Shown here: piece by piece, positions 45,905-56,173 of the stretch | How the letters are laid out: each line of letters starts with the position of its first letter | How positions within the stretch are numbered: the first letter of the stretch is position 1 | DNA from: Nemertoderma westbladi | Lineage: Eukaryota; Animalia; Xenacoelomorpha | Assembly (NCBI GenBank): GCA_032718475.1 | Contig: JAUCBJ010005674.1 | Span: 1-56,173 of the forward strand | Reading direction: 5' to 3' | Length of the DNA stretch: 56,173 nt | Notes under the pieces: generated by a model | What the model saw: the letters and a program-made list of their open reading frames with translations, nothing else | Database searches by the model: none | What the model was told of the DNA's origin: nothing | Made by a program: the position numbers and the translations under genes

Positions 45905-48870
45905 AATGATACTTTGCAGATCTGTTCCCGACCATAGACTGTGTGTTTGGGAGGACACTGATCAATCTGCAGTTCACCAGTCTGCCGCTAGGGGGCGAAA
46001 TGTCAGAAACTGAAAACCTTCTCCAATTTCGTTATTATTAACGCCTTTTAGCTGATATGTGACAGAGGTCTTCTACACCATAGGCTGTGTGATTGGGGAG
46101 GATGCTGACCAATCTGCAATTCCCCAGTCTGCCGCTAGGGGAAGAAATATCTGAAAGTGAAAACCTTATCCCATTTCTTTGTTTATATTGCTTTTTACTG
46201 ATACTTGGCAGAAGTCTACTACACCATACAGCGTGTTTGGGGAGGAGCTAGAATTAGTCTGCATTTCGCCAGTCTACCGCTAGGGGGCCAAATGTCTGAA
46301 AATGAAAACCTTATCCCATTTCGTTATTAATAATGCTTTTTTGCTGATACTTGGCAGAGGTCTACTACACCAAGACTGCGTGTTTGGGGAGGAGCTAGAA
46401 CCAGTTTGCATTTCTCCAGTCTACCGCTAGGGGGCCAAATGTCTGAAAGTGAAAACCTTATCCCATTTCGTTATTAATAATGCTTTTAGACTGACACTTG
46501 GCAGTGTCTAGGTAAGACGCCGAACAAACTGCAGTTCTCCATTTGGCCGCTAGGGGGCGAAATGTCTGAACGTGAAAACCTTATCCCATTTTGATGTTTA
46601 TAATGTTTTTAGGCTGATACTTGTCAGAGCTCTACTACATCAAAGACTGCGTGTTTGTGGAGAACAAGGACCAATTTGCAATAGCTCTGTCTGCCGCTAG
46701 GGGGCACAATGTCTGAAAGTGAAAACCTTTAAGCATGTCATTGTTTATAATGCTTTTTGGCTGATACTCGACAGAGGTCTACTACACCATAGACTGTGTG
46801 TTTGGGGAGGAGCTAGAACCAGTCTGCAATTATCCAGTCTACCGCTAGGGGGCCAAATGTCTGAAAGTAAAAACCTTATTCCATTTCGATATTAATTTGC
46901 TTTCAGGCTGACACTTGCCAGATGTGTAGAACACCATAGGGTGTGTGTCTAGGTAAGACGCCGAACAAACTGTAGTTCTCCATTCGGCCGCTAGGGGGCG
47001 AAATGTCTGAAAGTGAAAACCTTATCCCGTTTTGTTGTTTCTAATGCTTTGAGGCTGATAATTGACAGAGGTCTACTACACCATAGACTGCGTGTTTGTG
47101 GAAAACTCTGACCAATCTGCAATTTCTCAGTCTGCCGCTAGTGGGTGAAATGTCTCAAGTGAAATCCTTCTCCCATTTCGTTGTTTCTAATGCTTTTTTG
47201 CACAAGCACTAATCTGAGCTCGCGATACATCGAACGTAAGCTCTCGTCACGAGCACGTGCACTGTCGCTATCTCGAGTCTTATTTTACGTGTTTGTTTGC
47301 GTGAATGCTAATTTCGTGAATTCGGTACCAGTAGCGCGGTAGGCCTAGCAGTTCATTCTGTCACCCTACACGTTGGGTCTCGACTATTATGCTACTTTAT
47401 GATGCGCATCTACGTGATGCAGACTGCCCCGAGTACATGGACGTGAAACGTCGTTATATCGAGGCGAATTTTATGCATCATTTATGCGCTAATGCGTATT
47501 TGTGGTCAAATTGGGCTATTATTCCATAACCATTTTCAGCCAAATTTGTAAACCAGCAGGAAACTCTATAACAGCGGTTGCACCATCAGACTCAATCTGT
47601 TCTAAGTGATACTTTGCAGATCTGTTCCCGACCATAGACTGTGTGTTTGGTAGGACACTGATCAATCTGCAGTTATCCAGTCTGCCGCTAGGGGGCGAAA
47701 TGTCAGAAACTGAAAACCTTCTCCAATTTCGTTATTATTAACGCCTTTTAGCTGATATGTGACAGAGGTCTTCTACACCATAGGCTGTGTGATTGGGGAG
47801 GATGCTGACCAATCTGCAATTCCCCAGTCTGCCGCTAGGGGAAGAAATATCTGAAAGTGAAAACCTTATCCCATTTCTTTGTTTATATTGCTTTTTTACT
47901 GATACTTGGCAGAGGTCTACTGCACCATACAGCGTGTTTGGGGAGGAGCTAGAATTAGTCTGCATTTCTCCAGTCTACCGCTAGGGGGCCAAATGTCTGA
48001 AAATGAAAACCTTATCCCATTTCGTTATTAATAATGCTTTTAGGCTGACACTTGGCATATGTGTATTACACCATATGGTGTGTGTCTGTGGAGGACGCCC
48101 AACTACCCGTGGTTCTCCATTCGGCCGCTAGGGGGCGAAATATCTGAAAGTGAAAACCTTATCCCATTTCGTTGTTTATAATACTTATAGGCTGATACTT
48201 GGCAAAGGTCTACTATACCATAGGCTGCGTGTTTGTGGAGAACTCTGACCAATCTGCAATTCCTCTGTCTGCCGCTAGGGGGCGCAATGTCTGAAAGTGA
48301 AAACCTTCACCCATTTCGTTATTAATAATGCTTTTATGCTGATACTTTGCAGAGGTCTACTACACCATAGAATGCGTTTTTGTGGAGAACTCTGACCAAT
48401 CTGCAATTCCTCAGTCTGACGCTAGAGGGTGAGAATTCTGAAATTAAAACCTTCTCCAATTTCGTTGTTTCTAATGCTTTTTTTTATACTAGGTATACTA
48501 CACCATAGGCTGTGTGTTTGGGGCGGATGCTACCCAGTCTGCAGTTCTCCAGTATACTGCCAGAGGGTGCGACATGTCTGAAAAGTGAAAACATTCTCAC
48601 ATTTACTTATTAAAAATGCTTTTAGGCTGATACTTGGCAGAGGTCTACTGTACTACATCATAAGCTGCGTCTTTGGGAAGGACGTTGACCAGTCTGCAGT
48701 TCTCCAGTCCGCCACTAGGGGACGAATGGTCTGAAAGTGAAATCCTTCTCCCATTTAAATTCTTTAGAGTTTATTCTTGGCAGCGATCTAAAAGTACTGT
48801 ACAGTACCTACTAAACTAAATAAACTATAGGTTGTGTTTACGAGGATGATAACCACCTGCAGTTCTACAC
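45905..48870. repeat. Diverged ~147-bp tandem array in two blocks (45905-47200, 47605-48870)
   Basis: CCGCTAGGGG recurs at 45985, ~46132 ... ~47684, ~47831, ~47978, ~48125, ~48272; the spacer 47201-47400 repeats 31950-32150. Confidence 0.9.
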
Positions 48871-49139
48871 GTTCGTGGGGCCTTCGCGCAGCACGAGGCC
48901 CAGTTATGAGATACAAATTAAAATTGTGCGACTGTATCACAAAATCAGGTTATGAGAGATTAACCAACACCACCAATTAATCAAAGAAAGGGGGACAGTA
49001 CGTGTTCACCCCTTTTAATCTGCACCCCCCCGCCCCCTCCCTTCCCACCCACCAATACATAACCGCGACATCTACCACCCACGGAAGGGTAGCACGAACT
49101 TATTTCCAAACGCACGTTCAATATGCAAAGCCAGGTGGT

Positions 49140-49598
49140 TTATAGGAATATAATCAATGCAGTACTCGTCTTCATTATAAGCCTCTTTGCGTTCGACCTG
49201 TTTTGTATTAAAATATATTTATTAAACGCAGGCTGACGCTCTTTATAATAATAATACCTAGGGATGCCAGCTTCCAGACTTTCAATCTTTACTGCCGCGC
49301 AAACCCCGCAGAGGAAGTTTTGGTTTGAGAGATCAAGCCCATCGGCAATTGGTGTTTCAATTTCGGTCCAGGAACTCTGACAATGGGAGCATTCAATCTT
49401 AGCTGTGGTCCATTCCCGTGGTTTCGGCTTCCTTTTCTTCGTCCCAATGACAGATTCTTCTGAAGACGTTCGATTCGCTTTCAGGTTATTGTTGGCGTTT
49501 GTGTTTTGAAGTTGTATTCGAGTGGACAGTCGCGCCGGTTTCGAGGTAACCATACCGACCTGTGATAAGCGTTGGTTTTGTTGAGTGTCGGTATTCAT
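49140..49598 (-). pseudogene. Truncated ORF with a PHD-like Cys pattern, probable LINE ORF1 fragment
   Basis: CSHC...NFLCGVC followed by a coiled-coil-like AVKIESLE, then AT-rich sequence; the second copy ends earlier. Confidence 0.4.
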
Positions 49599-50968
49599 CT
49601 TCTCTCACCTCTTCAATGTCAGATGTTGCAAATACTGATAACACGAATAACGGTATATATTTCAATACTTGTCAATAGTAATATATATAATTTAGATAAC
49701 TATTTTATATCTGTACTGTTGAGCAAACTCTACATAAATTTCAACCTGTGTATCGCCGGTAGGGCTGTTGCTGTGCAAGTGCTAGTTGCCACCGGTCAGC
49801 CGGTACCGGTAGTAGGGTGGTACCATGGCCTACTACACACAGGCCATGACAAGGACTTTGCTGTGAAATTAGCGTAGGCTGACTGGTGACTGATGAATTA
49901 TCAAATATTATATTTTCCATGAATGCAGGGTCCATATTTAAAAGAAGATGACTAGATTTTCGTAAAGAATTTAATTGAAACAGTATTTAATAATAAATAA
50001 ATTAATTATCGCTCGAGTTCCTGCAGCTTTTATTCGTGGCAGGAATGTTTGAACGCTAATAAGTCGGTCAATCATGGATGAAATGGAACCAAACTTGGTA
50101 CACTTGTAGTCTTAAAAAAATTTAGAAATTCTACACACAGACAGACTTCTACAGTTCCCCGGTCTGCCGCTAGGGGGCGAATTAACAGAAACGTAAAAAT
50201 AGCTGTAATTATAGAACCAACGATCAGATTCATCTGAAATTTAGTAGTAGTTACCTAAGAGCATTGCTTAATTATAAATTCTACAGAGACTTTTACAGTT
50301 CCTGTCTGCCGCTAGTGGGGAATTGTTAGAGCTCCAGTTCAACGTGCTTAGCATGGTATAATAAACAATCAATTAATTATTTTATTCAATACAGTAATTA
50401 TAACAGTAAAATGCAATGTATTCTATTTTTTAGTGAAATCAAGAGATAGGAGGGGGGTGGGACTGGACGCAAATCCCATCTTGGCGAATTAATATCCCGC
50501 CTCAATATTAATTTCTAAATTTTGGGAAAGGAGCAGGTTACAGTGGCACGTTATTTTAACCAAAACAATAAAGTAAACACAATAGAACAGGTTACAGTTT
50601 TATTTTTGAGAGTAATCAGCTGTTGTTATTTGCGTCCAATTTCCCCTGGAGAGGGATGAATTTTTATTGCGTCCAGCCCCCCCCCCCCCTATCTTGAAAT
50701 CAAATACCAAAAATATATTTATTATATGAACAATCTATTTGGAAATTGTAAGTTCGGCCTATCTCTTTACCATAAGCTCAGTATCTTTATCTGGTGTGTT
50801 TTTATTATTTTACCAATTATTTAATATGTTTGATAGAATTGAACAACACCGCCCAACACAACCAACTCTCTATCCGCCTCGAGCATCGAGAATACGAGAA
50901 ACTCGATCGAAATACCTGCTTATCCCAGTAGTATCCGTCCGTAGTCAGAGTCACCGGACCGCTGCGGT

Positions 50969-51461
50969 TTACTCCCGTAGAACAGTAGAATTCCCGCAGC
51001 TTCCGACCCAATTCGACAACGAATTCGCTTCACACTTTCGCGTCACAGAGAACGTAATCCAGTGCGATAACGTCTGCCCAACGTTCAACCATTTCCCCCA
51101 GGCGATCCCAGGATCCGGGCCGCCGCTAAACCCAGATCGCAATCCTCGTCGATTCGTCCAGTCGTCGACGTAAGTCAGTAAGTGGGACTCTTCCCACCGC
51201 ACTCCAAGGTGGGTGACCGGAGTGAGGCATGATGAACTTGGCAGTGGCCCGCATTACGATCTGACCGACCGCCGTATTCCCAGTGTCTGAGTGTAGTAAA
51301 TACCCAAATAGAATCGTACTGACAAACAAGCAATTCCGTAGTATTCCCCCGTTAATCACCTCTTGAAGCAACTCGGCTGCTCGGGTCCAGATACATCGGA
51401 CTGTCGGGAGCGTTTCAGACATCAGACAGTAATGGAGCGGCATTTGCGAATATTTCCAATG
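50969..51461 (-). pseudogene. Degenerate C-terminus of a Tx1/L1-like RT ORF
   Basis: HYC..SETL...CIW.....LL...TILFG...AKFIM...AWGKW across two frames resembles the LINE zinc-knuckle tail; repeated at ~55560-55890. Confidence 0.4.
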
Positions 51462-52267
51462 GTTTTATAATAAATAAGGGGATTCAACAGTTAAATGCTA
51501 AAACAAATGGATTATTCCTAACCCCACCCCAATACAGCAATATACCTAACAGTATATAGCTTAGGTAGGTACCACAGTCTGACTAGCTTTAAATATTAGA
51601 GTATGAAAATTATTATAGGACCCTCATGGAAACGAGGTATATACCTCATGAGGCTATCCTTACACCAGAACCTTTTATTTAAGTAAATAAACATTTTATA
51701 AGTTGACTATCTACATAAATCAGTATTGGTGCTCCTAAATATCTAGTGTTATTAGGCCTACTTGTACTGTAGGCCTAATATCGTAACGTAATCTTTATAA
51801 ATGTATTATTGTGAATTTTAAAAGGTTTAATTATGTGTAAAAAACAATCAATCAATCAAACCATAATCAGCACAGTAAGCCTACGCATGGGTGGTACCTA
51901 CGGTGCGCACTACAACGGCTGAACGGCAGTACAGCAATACGGTGTACCGTGCCAATGACTGAATGATTAGCGGTAACTACTGAACTATCTAAACTATTAT
52001 ATTATTATTACCGGTACTAGGCTAATTAGGCCTAAACTATAATCACCGCAAGGGTTTCCGGGGCCATGTTTAGATTACATGATATGGCATGTCTGCAGTG
52101 TATGGTACCGGCTGACCTGTATTACAGCCTGACAGTACCGGTACAAATGGTACATGCAGATTGGCAGACAGCCCCTATGTTTTGCAAAATTTGTCAGAAA
52201 ACCAGCTGATTTATCCTACAGTAATAATAATTTAATGCATGTTAATTTTGGATAAATAAATATATTA

Positions 52268-52487
52268 TAACTACAATAACAGTTACACTGATGCTGCACG
52301 AAGGCCCAACGCAAATTCTACTTGGAAAATTTTCAAACTTTTGCCAAACAACATGTGTACCAAGTTTGGATAGATTTCATCAAGGATTGGCCGAGTTATT
52401 AACGTTTAAAATAAAATACTGAAAAAAAACGCGACAGAACGACAGAACGACACGTTCGTGGGGCCTTCGCGCAGCACGAGGCCCAGT
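52268..52487. mobile_element. Short Helentron/HINE-like element
   Basis: Subterminal inverted pair TGCTGCACGAAGGCCC (52292-52307) / GGGCCTTCGCGCAGCA (52461-52476), the latter overlapping a hairpin; internal TGTACCAAGTTTGG core also seen at ~45078 and ~45235. Confidence 0.55.
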
Positions 52488-52781
52488 TATGAGATACAAA
52501 TTAAAATTGTGCGACTGTATCACAAAATCAGGTTATGAGAGATTAACCCACACCACCAATTAATCAAAGAAAGGGGGACAGTACGTGTTCACCCCTTTTA
52601 ATCTGCACCCCCCCCCCCCTCCCCCACCCACCAATACATAACCGCGACATCTACCACCCACGGAAGGGTAGCACGAACTTATTTCCAAACGCACGTTCAA
52701 TATGCAAAGCCAGGTGGTTTATAGGAATATAATCAATGCAGTACTCGTCTTCATTATAAGCCTCTTTGCGTTCGACCTGTT

Positions 52782-53177
52782 TTATATTAAAATATATTTA
52801 TTAAACGCAGGCTGACGCTCTTTATAATAATAATACCTAGGGATGCCAGCTTCCAGACTTTCAATCTTTACTGCCACGCAAACCCCGCAGAGGAAGTTTT
52901 GGTTTGAGAGATCAAGCCCATCGGCAATTGGTGTTTCAATTTCGGTCCAGGAACTCTGACAATGGGAGCATTCAATCTTAGCTGTGGTCCATTCCCGTGG
53001 TTTCGGCTTCCTTTTCTTCGTCCCAATGACAGATTCTTCTGAAGACGTTCGATTCGCTTTCAGTTTATTGTTGGCGTTTGTGTTTTGAAGTTGTATTCGA
53101 GTGGACAGTCGCGCCGGTTTCGAGGTAACCATACCGACCTGTGATAAGCGTTGGTTTTGTTGAGTGCCGGTATTCAT
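52782..53177 (-). pseudogene. Second copy of the PHD-like ORF fragment
   Basis: Near-identical to 49140-49598 with an earlier stop. Confidence 0.4.
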
Positions 53178-54128
53178 CTTCTATCACCTCTTCCATGTCA
53201 GATGTTGCAAATACTGATAACACGAATAACGGTATATATTTCAATACTTGTCAATAGTAATATATATAATTTAGATAACTATTTTATATCTGTACTGTTG
53301 AGCAAACTCTACATAAATTTCAACCTGTGTATCGCCGGTAGTGCTGTTGCTGTGCAAGTGCTGAAGTGCTAGTTGCCACCGGTCACGCGGTCAGCCGGTA
53401 CCGGTAGTAGGGTGGTACCATGGCCTACTACACACAGGCCATGACAAGGACTTGCCGTGAAATTAGCGTAGGCTGACTGATGAATTATCAAATATTATAT
53501 TTTCCATGAATGCAGGGTCCATATTTAAAAGAAGATGACTAGATTTTCGTAAAGAATTTAATTGAAACAGTATTTAATAATTAATAAATTAATTATGGCT
53601 CGAGTTCCTGCAGCTTTTATTCGTTTGTGGCTGCCTCTGGCTATGTTTGTGGCAGGAATGTTTGAACGCTAATAAGTCGGTCAATCATGGATGAAATGGA
53701 ACCAAACTTGGTACTCATGTAGTCTATAAAAAATTTAGAAATTCTACACACAGACAGACTTCTACAGTTCCCCGGTCTGCCGCTAGGGGGCGAATTAACA
53801 GAAACGTAAAAATAGCTGTAATTATAGAACCAACGATCAGATTCATCTGAAATTTAGTAGTAGTTACCTAAGAGCATTGCTTAATTAGAAATTCTACAGA
53901 GACTTTTACAGTTCCTGTCTGCCGCTAGTGGGGAATTGTTAGAGCTCCAGTTCAACGTGCTTAGCACGGTTTAATAAACAATCAATTAATTATTTTATTC
54001 AATACAGTAATTATAACAGTAAAATGCAATGTATTCTATTTTTTAGTGAAATCAAGAGATAGGAGGGGGGGGGGGGGGGGGGAGACTGGACGCAAATCCC
54101 ATCTTGGCGAATTAATATCCCGCCTCAA

Positions 54129-54363
54129 GGTTATCGTTCATATGCGTACCTCTGGCAAAAGAAGCAGGTTACAGTGGTGGTGTTTTCTAACCAAAACAAT
54201 AAACTAATCTCCATTACTTAATTAACGGAAAGGAGCAGGCTACAGTGGTGGGCTTTTCTAATAATAAACAATAAACAATATCTCAATAACATAGGGTATT
54301 TCATACTTATAGTCTTATTTTTGCAATACGAAAATACCAGAGGTACGCATATGAACTATAACT
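54129..54363. mobile_element. 235-bp MITE, Merlin-like (GG terminus, 8-bp TSD)
   Basis: TIR GGTTATCGTTCATATGCGTACCTCTGG / CCAGAGGTACGCATATGAACTATAACT; TSD CGCCTCAA at 54121-54128 and 54364-54371; empty site at ~50498-50505. Confidence 0.82.
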
Positions 54364-54497
54364 CGCCTCAATATTAATTTCTCAATTTTGGGAAAGGAGC
54401 AGGTTACAGTGGCACGTTATTTTAACCAAAACAATAAAGTAAACACAATAGAACAGGTTACAGTTTTATTTTTGAGAGTAATCAGCTGTTGTTATTT

Positions 54498-55645
54498 GCG
54501 TCCAATTTCCCCTGGAGAGGGATGAATTTTTATTGCGTCCAGTCCCCCCCCCCCCCCCCCCCCTATCTTGAAATCAAATACCAAAAATATACTTATTATA
54601 TGAACAATCTATTTGGAAATTGTAAGTTCGGCCTATATCTTTACCATAAGCTCAGTATCTTTATCTGGTGTGTTTTTATTATTTTACCAATTATTTAATA
54701 TGTTTGATAGAATTGAACAACACCGCCCAACACAACCAACTCTCTATCCGCCTCGAGCATCGAGAATACGAGAAACTCGATCGAAATACCTGCTTATCCC
54801 AGTAGTATCCGTCCGTAGTCAACGGACCGCTGCGGTTTACTCCCGTAGAACAGTAGAATTCCCGCAGCTTCCGACCCAATTCGACAACGAATTCGCTTCA
54901 CACTTTCGCGTCACAGAGAACATAATCCAGTGCGATAACGTCTGCCCAACGTTCAACCATTTCCCCCAGGCGATCCCAGGATCCGGGCCGCCGCTAAACC
55001 CAGATCGCAATCCTCGTCGATTCGTCCAGTCGTCGACGTATGTCAGTAAGTGGGACTCTTCCCACCGCACTCCAAGGCGTCCAATTTCCCCTGGAGAGGG
55101 ATGAATTTTTATTGCGTCCAGTCCCCCCCCCCCCCCCCCCCCTATCTTGAAATCAAATACCAAAAATATATTTATTATATGAACAATCTATTTGGAAATT
55201 GTAAGTTCGGCCTATATCTTTACCATAAGCTCAGTATCTTTATCTGGTGTGTTTTTATTATTTTACCAATTATTTAATATGTTTGATAGAATTGAACAAC
55301 ATCGCCCAACACAACCAACTCTCTATCCGCCTCGAGCATCGAGAATACGAGAAACTCGATCGAAATACCTGCTTATCCCAGTAGTATCCGTCCGTAGTCA
55401 ACGGACCGCTGCGGTTTACTCCCGTAGAACAGTAGAATTCCCGCAGCTTCCGACCCAATTCGACAACGAATTCGCTTCACACTTTCGCGTCACAGAGAAC
55501 GTAATCCAGTGCGATAACGTCTGCCCAACGTCCAACCATTCCCCCCAGGCGATCCCAGCCGCTAAACCCAGATCGCAATCCTCGTCGATTCGTCCAGTCG
55601 TCGACGTATGTCAGTAAGTGGGACTCTTCCCACCGCACTCCAAGG
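54498..55645. repeat. 579-bp tandem duplication inside segmental copy 2
   Basis: GCGTCCAATTTCCCCTGGAG at 54498 and 55077. Confidence 0.92.
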
Positions 55646-56173
55646 TGGGTGACCGGAGTGAGGCATGAGGAACTTGGCAGTGGCCCGCATTACGATCTGA
55701 CTGACCGCCGTATTCCCAGTGTCTGAGTGTAGTAAATACCCAAATAGAATCGTACTGACAAACAAGCAATTCCGTAGTATTCCCCCGTTAATCACCTCTT
55801 GAAGCAACTCGGCTGCTCGGGTCCAGATACATCGGACTGTCGGGAGCGTTTCAGACAGTAATGGAGCGGCATTTGCGAATATTTCCAATGGTTTTATAAT
55901 AAATAAGGGGATTCAACAGTTCAATGTTAAAACAAATGGATTATTCCTATCCCCCCAATACCACCCCAATACAGCAATATACCTAACAGTATATAGCTTT
56001 GCAGGATTCTCGATTCAGGGATTGAGTACAGCCTGACAGTACCGGTACACATGGTAGGCCTACATGCAGAATTGCAAAATTTGTCAGAAAACACAGCTGA
56101 TTTATCCTACAGTAATAATAATTTAACGCATTTTAAATTTGGATAAACAAATGTATTATAACTGCAATAACAG

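Larger units (their letters stand above)
48868..52449. repeat. ~3.6-kb tandem segmental unit, copy 1
   Basis: Highly similar to 52450-56173, starting from ACACGTTCGTGGGGCC. Confidence 0.93.
52450..56173. repeat. ~3.6-kb tandem segmental unit, copy 2 (continues past the window)
   Basis: Collinear with copy 1; differs by a MITE, a 579-bp duplication and absence of ~51560-52120. Confidence 0.93.

Noticed and set aside
50739-55617. Three similar plus-strand ORFs (MEIVSSAY...)
   Set aside because: TTG starts, variable ends, and partly antisense to a LINE-like relic; explained by the duplications.

Overview
AT-rich eukaryotic (probably invertebrate animal) genomic DNA dominated by repeats. It holds three intact, apparently intronless housekeeping genes: CHCHD1/mS37 and UCKL1 (+ strand, 258 bp apart) and prolidase PEPD (- strand). 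The rest comprises RTE-clade LINEs (one long open copy running off the left edge, one 5'-truncated copy with a 15-bp TSD, one relic), several non-autonomous DNA transposons with readable TIRs/TSDs, a young internally deleted BEL/Pao LTR retrotransposon nested in a Helitron-like element, many minisatellites, and a ~3.6-kb tandem duplication at the right end. Main observations: (1) the 44-, 36- and 30-bp arrays spanning ~14.1-26.1 kb appear to have grown collinearly from successive pieces of one decayed RTE reverse-transcriptase gene; (2) the BEL element has no tRNA-type PBS, but the 11 nt after its 5' LTR are complementary to a site inside the LTR (possible self-priming), and it carries an extra 3' ORF; (3) a 147-bp array carries a full-length CTCF-like motif in each unit; (4) paralogous copies differ by TA-N(3-4)-TA insertions resembling transposon excision footprints. 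All family assignments come from motif recognition by eye; no database searches were run.
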